Assembly: GCA_002421785.1 (NCBI GenBank)
Contig: DIRZ01000003.1
Location: 218,698-250,697, forward strand
Origin: Candidatus Saccharimonadota bacterium
GTDB lineage: Bacteria; Patescibacteriota; Saccharimonadia; Saccharimonadales; Saccharimonadaceae
Length of the DNA: 32,000 nucleotides
Direction: 5' to 3'
Part shown: piece by piece, positions 22,459 through 32,000 of the stretch
Position numbering within the stretch: position 1 is the stretch's first letter
How the letters are laid out: every line of letters starts with the position of its first letter
Notes under the pieces: generated by a model
Told to the model about the DNA's origin: nothing
The model's database searches: none
The model's input: only the letters and a program-made list of their open reading frames with translations
Program-made: the position numbers and the translations under genes

Positions 22459-23223
22459 TTATTTGCTAAAAATATCTTTAAGATTCGTAAGTTCGCTCGG
22501 TAGAACAACCAGCGTCTTCTGGCTCGGCTCGACAGATATTTTTTCGAGGGTTTGCAGCGTACGGATATTGATACCCCCGGGAGTTTGCGAAAGCAACTTA
22601 GCCGCTTCCGAAACAGCCTGGGCTGCTTGCTTCTCTCCCTCGGCATTAATCACGACAGCGCGTCGCTCACGCTCTGCTTCTGCCTGCTTGGCCATTGCAC
22701 GCTTCATGTCTTGCGGAAGCTCGATGTTCTGGACCTTTACGTTTTCAACGTCAATACCCCACTTGTCAGTCTCGGCGTCAACGATTGTTTTAATTTGCTG
22801 CGAAATCTCTTCGCGTTTTGCAAGCAAATCATCCAGATCGACGTTTCCCGTAACATCACGTAGTGCAGCCTGTGCAAACTGACTTGTTGCATAAATATAA
22901 TTAGTGGTTTCGAGTATTGCCTTTTGCGCGTCGATAACACGGAAGTAAACGACCGCATCAACACCCACCGTAACATTATCTTTTGTAATGACTTCCTGTT
23001 TTGGTACGTCAATAGGAGTGCTGCGAACATCAACGCGACTCAACTTCTGAATGACAGGAAACACGTAGCGCAGACCCGGTTCGCGAATGCCGCTAAATTT
23101 ACCAAGGGTAAGCACCACGCCTCGTTCGTACTGGTTAATTACCTTAATTCCACCGAGCAAAAAGATAGCCACAAATATAAACCCAGGGAAAATAAGTGTT
23201 GCTAGCGCTACGATAATTTCCAT
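22459..23223 (-). CDS. SPFH/Band-7 (stomatin/slipin-like) membrane protein
   Basis: N-terminal TM then QYERGVVLTLGKF...VITKDNVTVGVDAVVYFRV plus a coiled AEAERERRA region. TGcTATACT -10 and AAGGAG SD upstream. Confidence 0.9.
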   Translation of the reverse strand: MEIIVALATLIFPGFIFVAIFLLGGIKVINQYERGVVLTLGKFSGIREPGLRYVFPVIQKLSRVDVRSTPIDVPKQEVITKDNVTVGVDAVVYFRVIDAQKAILETTNYIYATSQFAQAALRDVTGNVDLDDLLAKREEISQQIKTIVDAETDKWGIDVENVKVQNIELPQDMKRAMAKQAEAERERRAVVINAEGEKQAAQAVSEAAKLLSQTPGGINIRTLQTLEKISVEPSQKTLVVLPSELTNLKDIFSK

Positions 23224-23264
23224 TTTTTCTCCTTATCTATTATATGTTCAGTATAGCACTGCGA

Positions 23265-24284
23265 CTACTTTGCTGCGCTATCAATCAGTGCTTCTATGAG
23301 CTCTGGATAATGCATACCAGCAGCGCGCCAAAGTTTTGGATACATACTGATGTTCGTAAAACCAGGGAGTGTATTCACCTCCAGCAGATACGGAACCTTA
23401 CCTTCAAGCAAATAATCCACGCGGGCAAGTCCTTTACAGCCAAGCACTTCGTATGCCTTTGCAGAAATTCCACGAATGGCTTCCGCTACTGCCGGATCAA
23501 GGTCGACATTCGTCAAAACCTGCGACGTGCTGTGTGCGGAGTATTTATCGTCGTAATCATAAAACTCCGCGCCGACAACGATTTCGCCAATCCCGCTCAC
23601 GGTATGGCGTGGCGGGTTGCCCATTACGGCAGTCTCGAGTTCACGACCACTCACGGCTCGTTCAATCAGTACTCTGTCGTCATGCTCCAAGGCTTTGTGG
23701 ATTGCAGGCATAAACTCCGACTTATTATGCACTTTCGTAACGCCGACAGAGCTTCCTGAGCGCGACGGTTTCACAAAAAGCATATCACCCAGTTGCTCCA
23801 CGACTTCGTCGTACTTTGGCAATACCGAGCCTCGACGATGCACAACGTAGGCTGCTGTCTTAATGCCATTTGCCTCCAGTATCTGCTTGGTAAGTATCTT
23901 GTCCATGCACACTGCGCTCGCCGTCGTATCACACCCAACGATAGGAATGTGGAGCAGGCTCGCAAGGCCTTGGACGGTCCCGTCCTCACCATTCTTACCA
24001 TGAAGAATCGGCAGGATAACGTCGGGATGAATAATGTTGTTCCCAGGAATAGTCATGAAGCTCTTCGTGCCTGGAGCCGCCAGCAGCTGGCTCCCGCCAT
24101 GTTCGGAAAGTTCATCAGTCCACCTTGGAAGAAGCCACCACTTCCCATGCCGATCGATATAGCAGATTAATACATTATATTTGTCGCCGTCCATTGCTGC
24201 ATAGACGTTTCGAGCAGAGCTAATTGATACATCGTGCTCTGACGACTCACCCCCGAATAGTAGTAGTACGGTTTGTCGTGTCAT
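23265..24284 (-). CDS. ddl: D-alanine--D-alanine ligase
   Basis: 339 aa. LLFGGESSEHDVS, HGKNGEDGTVQGL, ATP-grasp blocks, EVNTLPGFT. Confidence 0.95.
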   Translation of the reverse strand: MTRQTVLLLFGGESSEHDVSISSARNVYAAMDGDKYNVLICYIDRHGKWWLLPRWTDELSEHGGSQLLAAPGTKSFMTIPGNNIIHPDVILPILHGKNGEDGTVQGLASLLHIPIVGCDTTASAVCMDKILTKQILEANGIKTAAYVVHRRGSVLPKYDEVVEQLGDMLFVKPSRSGSSVGVTKVHNKSEFMPAIHKALEHDDRVLIERAVSGRELETAVMGNPPRHTVSGIGEIVVGAEFYDYDDKYSAHSTSQVLTNVDLDPAVAEAIRGISAKAYEVLGCKGLARVDYLLEGKVPYLLEVNTLPGFTNISMYPKLWRAAGMHYPELIEALIDSAAK

Positions 24285-24293
24285 AGTAGCTCT

Positions 24294-24301
24294 AGTATAC
24301 T
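24294..24301. promoter_or_regulatory. palindromic AGTATACT forming overlapping divergent -10 boxes for ddl and rarA
   Basis: The 23-bp intergenic region is AGTAGCTCTAGTATACTACAGTT. TATACT on plus (24296-24301) lies 6 nt before ATG 24308. TATACT on minus (24299-24294) lies 9 nt before ATG 24284. Confidence 0.5.
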
Positions 24302-24307
24302 ACAGTT

Positions 24308-25468
24308 ATGGCGCGTATACCGTTGGCGGAGGAAATGAGGCCTAAGAACCTCGACGAAGTGATAGGACAATCGCAGCTACTGGCTGATGGCGAGATACTA
24401 CGCCAAATTGTACGCAAACAAGAGCCTGTAAGCCTTATCTTGTGGGGACCTCCGGGCACAGGAAAAACAACGCTAGCGCGCATCATCGCACACGAAGTAA
24501 ACGCGGAGTTTATTGAGCTCTCAGCGGTAACAGCCGGTAAAAAAGACGTCATGCAGGTAGTGGAACACGCCAAGCAAAATTGGAACTTAAACCTACGCAC
24601 CGTTTTGTTTGTTGACGAGATACACCGCTTCAATAAGGCACAGCAAGATGCTTTTTTGCCTCATGTTGAAAGTGGACTCATCACTCTGATTGGCGCAACC
24701 ACAGAAAATCCGAGCTTTGAGATCATTACCCCCCTCCTCAGTCGTAGTCGTGTTCTAGTGCTGCAACCGCTCAGCAAACAAGAAACCATAGCCGTACTCA
24801 AGCGTGCTCTAAAACACCTAAAAAAGACGAAGCACGTTACGCCTGCCGCCCTTGACTACTTAGCAGAGCTTAGCGGTGGCGATGCCCGTGTCGCACTGGG
24901 CAACTTGGAGCTTGCTCTTAGTATCGACAACAAAAAAGTTACCCCCGAAATCGTTAAAGTCGCTGCCCAAAAAAGAATACCTGGTTATGACAAAAAGGGC
25001 GACATGCACTATGACGTCATTAGCGCCTTTATAAAAAGCATGCGGGGTAGCGACGAACGCGCTGCAACTTACTACCTTTCGCGCATGATCGATGCAGGTG
25101 AAGACCCGAAGTTTATAGCACGTCGCATGGTAATTTTCGCAAGCGAAGACATCGGGCTTGCCGGCAATGGCGCCCTCGCGCTTGCCGTTGCGACCTTCCA
25201 GGCCGTCGAACGCATCGGTATGCCCGAAGCAAGCTACAACCTATACCATTGTGCGATCGCACTTGCTCGCTCACAAAAATCACGCGAGATAACCGAGCAT
25301 ATGTACGCTGCCAAAGAATTAGCCAAACAATACCCCGACGCGCCAGTGCCACTCCACATACGCAACGCTCCCACCAAACTCATGAAGGACTTGGGGTATA
25401 GCCAGGGCTACAAATGGCAAGCTGACTATAAACACCCGAACGGATTTTTGCCCGACGAACTTCGTTAG
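24308..25468 (+). CDS. rarA: replication-associated recombination protein A (AAA+ ATPase)
   Basis: Walker A GPPGTGKTT, Walker B FVDEIHRFNK, MgsA C-terminal blocks (RGSDERAATYYLSRM, HIRNAPTKLMK). Confidence 0.9.
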   Translation: MARIPLAEEMRPKNLDEVIGQSQLLADGEILRQIVRKQEPVSLILWGPPGTGKTTLARIIAHEVNAEFIELSAVTAGKKDVMQVVEHAKQNWNLNLRTVLFVDEIHRFNKAQQDAFLPHVESGLITLIGATTENPSFEIITPLLSRSRVLVLQPLSKQETIAVLKRALKHLKKTKHVTPAALDYLAELSGGDARVALGNLELALSIDNKKVTPEIVKVAAQKRIPGYDKKGDMHYDVISAFIKSMRGSDERAATYYLSRMIDAGEDPKFIARRMVIFASEDIGLAGNGALALAVATFQAVERIGMPEASYNLYHCAIALARSQKSREITEHMYAAKELAKQYPDAPVPLHIRNAPTKLMKDLGYSQGYKWQADYKHPNGFLPDELR

Positions 25469-27120
25469 CTGTCTAGTACAATCGGGTGTTCAGCGCATTC
25501 CACGATAGCACCTTCGTACGGACGTAGCACCATCGTGCCATCTTCCGCGACTTCGGGATAATCCACGGGGTGGGTGCAGCAAAGAATGCGACCTTTGTGA
25601 GGCAGCTTTACAGAATTATTTTTACTTCCAAAGTTAAGTACGACAAAAATATGCTGATCACCAAGCCAACGAGCAAACATAAATATATCCGACTTCAGCT
25701 CACCCATCGCCTCATACGTTCCGTTGCTTATGATGTTATACCGGCTACGCATACGAAGAAGTCGGCGATAAAGCGATAAGAATGAGTCCGGCTCGCTTAG
25801 CTGCGACTGAACGTTATGTTTACTCACCGAATGTCCAACGGGGAGCCACGGAACAGTATCACTAAACCCAGCGTACTGACCACGCTGCCACTGCATCGGT
25901 GTCCTGCACGGGTCGCGCGTCGTAGCTATATCGCCCGAAGTAAAGGCGCGCAAATCCCTAATTTGTTCTACTTCAACTGGCGTATCGGGCATGCCTAGCT
26001 CATCACCATAATAGACCGTCGGCAGGCCGGGAAGCGACATCTGCATTAGCGCCACAAGCCGGGCCTGCTCATCACCACCCATACGCGTTACGATGCGCGA
26101 CTGATCATGATTGCTAAAACAATAGACAGGCGTGTGCTCATCTGGATTCAGCATCCCCTGAAACTCAGTGATGAACGTACGGAAAGCATCAGCCGAAAAC
26201 TCAGTCCAAACACCTTCAAAGTTAAACGGCATACTCACTTTTGGATTAATGCCGTAGAACCCTAGGTATTGCTCCTTGGTACTATAGTTGGCGTCAGGAT
26301 AGTCCTCGAATATCATAATACGATTGTCGTATTCCGCTATAACATCTGTTAACTCACGCAAATAAGGGAAGAGGTTCTTGCCAAAGCGGCTATACTTATG
26401 CATTAATCCATCGTACTCAATTGATGCACCATCGGCTGCATGCGCGTGATGCTTCGATTTAGGGTCATTACGAAACTGCGAGTCCTTACTGAGCCATCGC
26501 ACCGCATCGGCACGAATGCCATCGACGCCAAGATCCATCCAAAAGCGAATCACGCGTTTCATTTCATCACGTACCATCGGATTGTCCCAATTTAAATCAG
26601 GCTGCTCCTTTAGGAACGTATGCAAGTAATATTGGCCGCGAACTTCGTCATATTCCCACGCTGGCCCACCGAAAATACTCAGCCAGTTATTAGGCAGCGA
26701 ACCATCTGGCTTGGCGTCGCGCCACACGTAGTAATCACTATGCGGATTGTCCTTCGACTGCCGAGACGCTTGGAACCATGGGTGTTGATCGGATGAGTGG
26801 TTCGGTACAAAATCGACCATCACATTTATCTCACGCTGGTGTGCTTTATCGATAAGCTCCTTGAAATCGTCAAGCGTTCCAAAGAGTGGATCAATGCCAC
26901 AGTAGTCACTTACGTCATATCCCATATCGAGCATTGGTGACGGAAAAATTGGCGAAAACCATATTGCGTCTATGCCGAGTGAATCTTTCTGGCCATGAAT
27001 ATAATCGAGACGGTCAATAATCCCGCGCAAATCACCGATGCCATCACCATTACTGTCCATGAAACTTCGCGGATAAATTTGGTAAATTGCGTTTACGTCT
27101 CGCCATGGTTTACTCGTCAC
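25465..27120 (-). CDS. GH13 alpha-glucosidase (oligo-1,6-glucosidase / trehalose-6-phosphate hydrolase type)
   Basis: 551 aa. DAIWFSPIF, DFVPNHSS, GVDGIRADAV, FSNHDQSR are GH13 conserved regions. The GTG start overlaps the trehalase stop (TAGTG), with AAGGAG 8 nt upstream. Confidence 0.85.
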   Translation of the reverse strand: MTSKPWRDVNAIYQIYPRSFMDSNGDGIGDLRGIIDRLDYIHGQKDSLGIDAIWFSPIFPSPMLDMGYDVSDYCGIDPLFGTLDDFKELIDKAHQREINVMVDFVPNHSSDQHPWFQASRQSKDNPHSDYYVWRDAKPDGSLPNNWLSIFGGPAWEYDEVRGQYYLHTFLKEQPDLNWDNPMVRDEMKRVIRFWMDLGVDGIRADAVRWLSKDSQFRNDPKSKHHAHAADGASIEYDGLMHKYSRFGKNLFPYLRELTDVIAEYDNRIMIFEDYPDANYSTKEQYLGFYGINPKVSMPFNFEGVWTEFSADAFRTFITEFQGMLNPDEHTPVYCFSNHDQSRIVTRMGGDEQARLVALMQMSLPGLPTVYYGDELGMPDTPVEVEQIRDLRAFTSGDIATTRDPCRTPMQWQRGQYAGFSDTVPWLPVGHSVSKHNVQSQLSEPDSFLSLYRRLLRMRSRYNIISNGTYEAMGELKSDIFMFARWLGDQHIFVVLNFGSKNNSVKLPHKGRILCCTHPVDYPEVAEDGTMVLRPYEGAIVECAEHPIVLDS

Positions 27121-28718
27121 TATGCAGTCTCCTTTTCGTCATACAGTGCGGCATACACGCCGTTTGTCCATCCAAATCCATCTTGCAGCGGATACTCCCC
27201 GCCACCAGCTAAATCGCCAGGCTGGATAACGTTGTACTTTTCAATCATTTTGCGTTTTTCTTCAAACACTTTATCGCAGTTGTCTAGCCAGCGCCTACGT
27301 ATCTCATCCGCCAAATGATGGTACCCGTATTCACGAAGCCCTTGTATGGCAATCCACTGGAGCGGCGCCCACCCGTTTGGCGAATCCCACTGTTGCAAGT
27401 TGCTCGTGAGTGTTGTAACAAGCCCGCCATCGCACAGAAACTTCTGCTCGAGTTGACGAGCAACCGCCGCTGCTTGCTCGCTCGTAGCAATCTTCGCGTA
27501 GAGTGGGTACACCCCTGCTAGCGTAAGCCTGCCAGCACTCTTACCTTCACGGAAATCATAGTCACAATAAAATTCGCGCTCAGCGTCCCAGCAGTACTGA
27601 CGAATCGCCTCTGCTCGTTTTTCGGCGGCACGCAAAAACCGCTTGGCAAGTAGTGGTTGCTTGATGAGCGTATAGGCTTCGGCGATCGTAAGTTCGTGCA
27701 GGTAGAGAAGCGAATTTAAGTCTACGGGAACCATATCGGTTGTGTGGATGCTTTGAATATCAGATGCCTTGCGGAACCAACGGGAACTAAAGTCCCAGCC
27801 GCTCTCAGCGCCAGCACGAAGGTCGAGGAATATCTTGTCCTTGTTTGTATCTTGAGCGTGCGTCGCCGTTTCTAGGTCTTCCCGGCGTGATTCGGGCCGA
27901 GGTGTCGTTTTGTTATCGAAATAGCGATTTAATACGATGCCATTCGGCATACGAACAACCCGCGCATATGCAGGTTTGTCGGCGTGCTCCATGACAGCTT
28001 TTCGCCCTTTCATCCAAAAACGGTATTCTGTAAGCAATGCAGGCAGAAACTCGGCATACGTCCTGGTTCGCCCTCGGTGCTTAGCGAGTAATTTTACCAT
28101 TCGACTAAAAAATGGTGGCTGCGATCTGCTCAGAAAGTAATTGCGATTAGCCGTGGGAATAAACCCAAACTTACGGAGCATATACGCATAGTTTTTCATC
28201 ATGCCGTGCATCATCGACCATTCATTATCAGCGGCAAGTCCGAGCATAATAAAATAGCTATCCCAGTAGAACTGCTCGCTAAACCGCCCTCCCGGTACGA
28301 CATAGGGGTACGGTAGCGGCAACAACGTTCCCCGTAGACGCCGGTTGCGCCGGGTCAGCTCGGGCCACAACCTCGTTACGTGTTCACGCGCCGACGTCTC
28401 CGGACCAGGCTCGTACGGTTTATGCGCATGGGGGTGGTATTGGTAGAAATGCTCATCCACAAACGTATTCAAGTTAAAATCAGGCTGCTGCCTGGCTACG
28501 CGATATTGCTGCTGTATGCTACGAGATTTTTTACGCGGCACCATATCGATAAACGTCTTGCCGTCAGAATAGACGTTTGATACCTGCACGTCATGAAATA
28601 GTTCCGAGTAGGACTCGTCCGGGCTTTTGCCTGTCGGCATCACAACCCCAGCTGTCGCGACAACTGTTGATTTGACTTTCTCAAGCTTCGGTTTTTTTAC
28701 AAACAGTCGGCGCAACAT
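27120..28718 (-). CDS. treA: alpha,alpha-trehalase (GH37)
   Basis: Trehalase signatures PGGRFSEQFYWDSYF and QWDSPNGWAPLQ, plus DGKTFIDMVP. Confidence 0.9.
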   Translation of the reverse strand: MLRRLFVKKPKLEKVKSTVVATAGVVMPTGKSPDESYSELFHDVQVSNVYSDGKTFIDMVPRKKSRSIQQQYRVARQQPDFNLNTFVDEHFYQYHPHAHKPYEPGPETSAREHVTRLWPELTRRNRRLRGTLLPLPYPYVVPGGRFSEQFYWDSYFIMLGLAADNEWSMMHGMMKNYAYMLRKFGFIPTANRNYFLSRSQPPFFSRMVKLLAKHRGRTRTYAEFLPALLTEYRFWMKGRKAVMEHADKPAYARVVRMPNGIVLNRYFDNKTTPRPESRREDLETATHAQDTNKDKIFLDLRAGAESGWDFSSRWFRKASDIQSIHTTDMVPVDLNSLLYLHELTIAEAYTLIKQPLLAKRFLRAAEKRAEAIRQYCWDAEREFYCDYDFREGKSAGRLTLAGVYPLYAKIATSEQAAAVARQLEQKFLCDGGLVTTLTSNLQQWDSPNGWAPLQWIAIQGLREYGYHHLADEIRRRWLDNCDKVFEEKRKMIEKYNVIQPGDLAGGGEYPLQDGFGWTNGVYAALYDEKETA

Positions 28719-28726
28719 ATGTTGTC

Positions 28727-28755
28727 ATTATAATGCTTATGTACCCCAGTCACAA
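28727..28755 (-). promoter_or_regulatory. leaderless-type promoter of the trehalase operon
   Basis: Minus strand: TTGTGA (28755-28750), 17 nt, TATAAT (28732-28727), then 8 nt to ATG 28718. No SD. Confidence 0.55.
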
Positions 28756-28925
28756 GGGCTGCACAATTACCAAAAATCACCTTTACAATGCATAACGCTC
28801 ATGCTAGAGTAATGACATAAAGGTGTAAAAATCAAAACAAAGGGGAAGTCACATGAAAACAAAACGCATACCTATTGTATTCGTCGATAACACTGCAGTT
28901 ATTGCACTTCGATAATACACTTCAT

Positions 28926-28956
28926 AAATCGCGCCCTCGTCGACTTGGCGCGATTT
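28926..28956. terminator. hairpin terminator downstream of the GT4 gene
   Basis: AAATCGCGCC / GGCGCGATTT 10-bp stem with 11-nt loop and T-rich flanks. Confidence 0.55.
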
Positions 28957-30128
28957 TATTTGCTTGCTCGTTTTATAGCTTGCTCATACCGCTCAATATA
29001 GGCCTTAGCCATCGTATCAACCGAAAACTTGTCTTCGACGCTCTTTCGGCAGACTTCGGGATCAATTTCGCCGACTCGTTTGATGTACTGCGCAAACTCA
29101 GCTTCCGTATCTGCGATAAACCCATTCACTCCATGTTCAATAATTTCGGGAACAGCACCCCTATTCATGGCGACCACGGGCGTGCCGCAAGCCAACGCCT
29201 CAATCATCACCATACCAAATGGCTCTTCCCAATCGATAGGAAATAGCAACGCTTTGGCTTCAGAGAGCAGCTTCATCTTCCGCTTCCCCGCCACATTGCC
29301 CAGAAATGTAATCCGCGGGTTGGCTATAGTAAATGGTAAAATCTTGTCACTGTAATACCGAAAGTCTGGATCCTTTCGGTACTTACTGAGCGGGTTAGCG
29401 AGTTCCAACATTAAGCGTGCTGGCGTACTAATGTCCACGACGCTCCCTGCCATGCGTAGACGAAACCGCTGTTTCACCGCATATTTCACCGCAATATGCT
29501 GGCCCTTTGCCTGCGTGAAACGTCCGAGCGTCATAAAATAATTCTTCTTCTTTTCGACAAACGGAAAATCACGAACATCAACGGCATTATATACCGTTGG
29601 CAAGAGTGACTCCCGAATTTCAGTCGGTACATTCGACACCATTGAGTCGGAAATATCCACTAGTGAAAGCTTCTTAGGTGACCCGAGCTGTTTCCACATC
29701 GGGCGATTGCTCGGCCACTCATCTTCGTCCTTCATTGTAGGCGAGAATTGTAGCCCATGAAGCGTATGAACGACAGGTGGCGTTCCCTCAACCTGCGTTG
29801 CCCATTTACAGTACATGGGGCCAAGCTGTCCGTTATGGTCATGAATCACATCAAACCCGCCATCTTCGCGTATCAATCGCAGCGCGTTTTCGATATGAGC
29901 GAGGAGTATGGGCATAGATTCAAAGAGTGGGCGGTAGATGTGAGGATACTGCTCGGTTTTGTAGAGCGAGTACACCTTTACACCGTGCAAGCTCCTCTGA
30001 GCCACGCCAAACATTTCAACTTCAACACCATTATCGACAAGTCCCCTGACGAGCCCATCGACCACCGCTTCAATGCCACCATAGCCTTCCGGTGGAACAC
30101 GTATCCAGGGTGTAGAAATAACTGCCAC
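28956..30128 (-). CDS. GT4-family glycosyltransferase
   Basis: 390 aa. GGIEAVVDGL N-terminal glycine motif and EPFGMVMIEALACGTPVVA (E-x7-E region). Confidence 0.8.
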   Translation of the reverse strand: MAVISTPWIRVPPEGYGGIEAVVDGLVRGLVDNGVEVEMFGVAQRSLHGVKVYSLYKTEQYPHIYRPLFESMPILLAHIENALRLIREDGGFDVIHDHNGQLGPMYCKWATQVEGTPPVVHTLHGLQFSPTMKDEDEWPSNRPMWKQLGSPKKLSLVDISDSMVSNVPTEIRESLLPTVYNAVDVRDFPFVEKKKNYFMTLGRFTQAKGQHIAVKYAVKQRFRLRMAGSVVDISTPARLMLELANPLSKYRKDPDFRYYSDKILPFTIANPRITFLGNVAGKRKMKLLSEAKALLFPIDWEEPFGMVMIEALACGTPVVAMNRGAVPEIIEHGVNGFIADTEAEFAQYIKRVGEIDPEVCRKSVEDKFSVDTMAKAYIERYEQAIKRASK

Positions 30129-30220
30129 TCGTAGGGGCTTTTTACTGTATTCGTAGATTTTCGGGCCATAGCCCTAGTGTGAGCGGAAGCAGCACGACAA
30201 TCTGTGAAGATTTTCGCAAT

Positions 30221-32000
30221 TTACTGTTTCGCGTGTCGCTTGCGTTCGTTTGGATCAAGGTAACGTTTGCGAAGTCGGAGACTCTTGGGTGTGACTTCAA
30301 GCAACTCGTCGTCCTCAATGAAGTCAATACTCTGCTCAAGGCTCAGTTGCGTATGCGGCGTCAACTGGACCGTGCCATCGCTCGATTTACTACGCATATT
30401 GGTCAAGTGTTTCGCCTTGCATACGTTTAGCTCTATGTCGTCCTGGCGATTATATTGGCCAACAATCATACCGCCATACACTTCTACTCCAGAGCCCACG
30501 AATAGCTCACCGCGGGCTTCAGCCATTTCGAGTGCATACGGCGTTGTTGTACCAGCTTCGAAGGCGATCAATACGCCGTTACGGGTGGTTTGAAGTTTCT
30601 GTCCCATTGGCTCGTAGCCATGAGGCAGCGTATTCATGATAATCGTGCCGCGGGTGTTAGTAAGCAGTAAGTTGCGCAGACCAATCAATGCGCGAGTTGG
30701 CAATATATATGTCATACGCGCATCACCATTACTCGTCTGCTCCTGGTGAGTTAGTGCAGCACGACGCGCACCGAGTTCTTGGCTCACGACTCCTACGAAA
30801 TCTTGCCCAACTTCAATAATCAGCTCTTCGACAGGCTCTTTTACGACGCCGTCTTCCGTGATAGTCACCACCTGCGGGCGACCGACTTCAAATTCGAATC
30901 CTTCACGACGCATTGTCTCAATAAGGACACTAAGGTGAAGTTCCCCGCGACCACTAACAGTAAATCCAATACCGTTTTCTTCAACGCGCAGGCTAACATT
31001 TGTCTCAAGCTCGCGCTTCAAGCGGTCACCAATCTGACGACTCGTCGTGAACTCACCCTCGCGACCCTTCATCGGACTCGTATTTGGCCCCAAATACATA
31101 CTAAGGGTAGGGGCTTCGATATCAATCGTTGGCAGTGCCTCGGGAGTATCCTTATCTGCTATGGTATCTCCAATTTCCGCGGCCAACACGCCGGTCATCG
31201 CAACGATATCACCTGCTCCAGCCTGGTCAACTTCTTCACGCGCAAGCCCGCGGTAGCCAAAGATCTTATCTATCTTGCTTGTGACAACCGAGCCATCGCG
31301 CTTAATGAGCGCCACTTGCTGCCCGCGCTGTGCAACGCCACGAGCAATTCGGCCAATTGCGTATTTACCCAAAAATGAATCGTAATGAAGTGACGTGACG
31401 AGTATCTGGAAAGCGCCAGATGGATCTGCCTGTGGCACAGGAATGTCGTTGATGATTGCTTCAAAAATAGGATTCAAGTCGGCATCCGCTTCAGGGTTTT
31501 CTGGCATTTCATTCCACGCTTTACCTTCACGGGCAATTGCGAAGTATGTCGGGTAGTGAAGCTGTGAATCATCGGTCGCAAGTTCAAGGAACAAATCAGC
31601 AAGCTCGTCTTCAACTTCAGCAATGCGCCGAGCTGGCTTATCAATCTTGTTAATCACAACGACAGGGCGAAGACCAAGTTCAAGCGCCTTTGTTAGTACG
31701 AACTTTGTCTGTGGCATCGGGCCCTCCTGGGCGTCGACAATCAGCAGTACTCCGTCGGCCATGTTGAGCGTTCGCTCAACTTCGCCGCTAAAGTCAGCGT
31801 GGCCAGGTGTGTCAATAACATTAATTTTATAATCACCGTAATAAATACTGGTTTGCTTGGCAGTGATCGTAATACCGCGCTCATGCTCCTGATCGCCACT
31901 ATCCATGATGAGCTGCTGGCTCATTTCAGCCTGGTTATCACGGAACGTTTTGCTTTGTTTAAGCAAGCCGTCGAGTAGCGTCGTCTTGCCGTGGTCAACG
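30221..32000 (-). CDS. typA: translational GTPase TypA/BipA (5' end beyond the window)
   Basis: The frame is open to the window edge and reads VDHGKTTLLDGLLKQSKTF...DTPGHADF...NKIDK. The track ORF start at 31966 is internal. Confidence 0.93.
   Translation of the reverse strand, partial: VDHGKTTLLDGLLKQSKTFRDNQAEMSQQLIMDSGDQEHERGITITAKQTSIYYGDYKINVIDTPGHADFSGEVERTLNMADGVLLIVDAQEGPMPQTKFVLTKALELGLRPVVVINKIDKPARRIAEVEDELADLFLELATDDSQLHYPTYFAIAREGKAWNEMPENPEADADLNPIFEAIINDIPVPQADPSGAFQILVTSLHYDSFLGKYAIGRIARGVAQRGQQVALIKRDGSVVTSKIDKIFGYRGLAREEVDQAGAGDIVAMTGVLAAEIGDTIADKDTPEALPTIDIEAPTLSMYLGPNTSPMKGREGEFTTSRQIGDRLKRELETNVSLRVEENGIGFTVSGRGELHLSVLIETMRREGFEFEVGRPQVVTITEDGVVKEPVEELIIEVGQDFVGVVSQELGARRAALTHQEQTSNGDARMTYILPTRALIGLRNLLLTNTRGTIIMNTLPHGYEPMGQKLQTTRNGVLIAFEAGTTTPYALEMAEARGELFVGSGVEVYGGMIVGQYNRQDDIELNVCKAKHLTNMRSKSSDGTVQLTPHTQLSLEQSIDFIEDDELLEVTPKSLRLRKRYLDPNERKRHAKQ

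Noticed and set aside
22208-22882. 224-aa plus-strand ORF across the DUF4342 and SPFH genes.
   Set aside because: It is antisense to two recognisable minus-strand genes, gives a Ser/Thr-rich low-complexity product, and has no start context.
28853-28915. 20-aa micro-ORF (MKTKRIPIVFVDNTAVIALR) with a GGGGA-type SD between the trehalase promoter and the GT4 terminator.
   Set aside because: It is very short, I could identify no promoter on that strand, and it lies in a region already explained by the divergent promoter and the terminator. It is kept only as a note.

Overview
The window reads as a gene-dense bacterial chromosome segment. The style (small genes, many leaderless starts, about 50 percent GC by eye) suggests a reduced-genome Gram-positive-like or Patescibacteria/Saccharibacteria-type organism, but that taxonomic guess is inference only. 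Most of it is minus-strand housekeeping: hisS (partial), trmD, khpA-like KH protein, rpsP, rnc, a Nudix hydrolase, nusB, rpmF, leuS, murF, an HD (p)ppGpp-hydrolase-like protein, a Ham1/ITPase, two CorC/CNNM paralogs, ddl, rarA, a trehalase-GH13-GT4 sugar cluster and typA (partial). It also holds four tRNAs: Gln-CUG, Gly-GCC, Phe-GAA and Gly-CCC. Five non-housekeeping parts stand out. (1) An AT-rich ~2.2 kb islet at 19635-22095 is bracketed by ~115-bp inverted repeats with a perfect 69-nt core and sits next to tRNA-Gly(CCC). It carries a secreted matrixin-like metzincin, an unknown membrane-anchored partner and a TAA-interrupted small ORF. (2) Two small plus-strand expression cassettes (4507-4960 and 8463-8870) combine near-consensus promoters, very high GC3 orphan ORFs and their own terminators, and are wedged into minus-strand housekeeping clusters. 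(3) The tRNA-Gly(GCC) locus has a promoter-driven duplicate of the tRNA's first 24 nt followed by a structured spacer, and the tRNA itself shows a U19:A56 swap. (4) A decayed IS30-family element lies at ~14.9-15.8 kb. (5) An Erm-family rRNA methyltransferase-like gene is present. No CRISPR array, rRNA, or recognisable defence, toxin-antitoxin or integrase genes were seen. All calls come from reading the sequence and the ORF track. No searches were run, and promoter and terminator coordinates are by eye.
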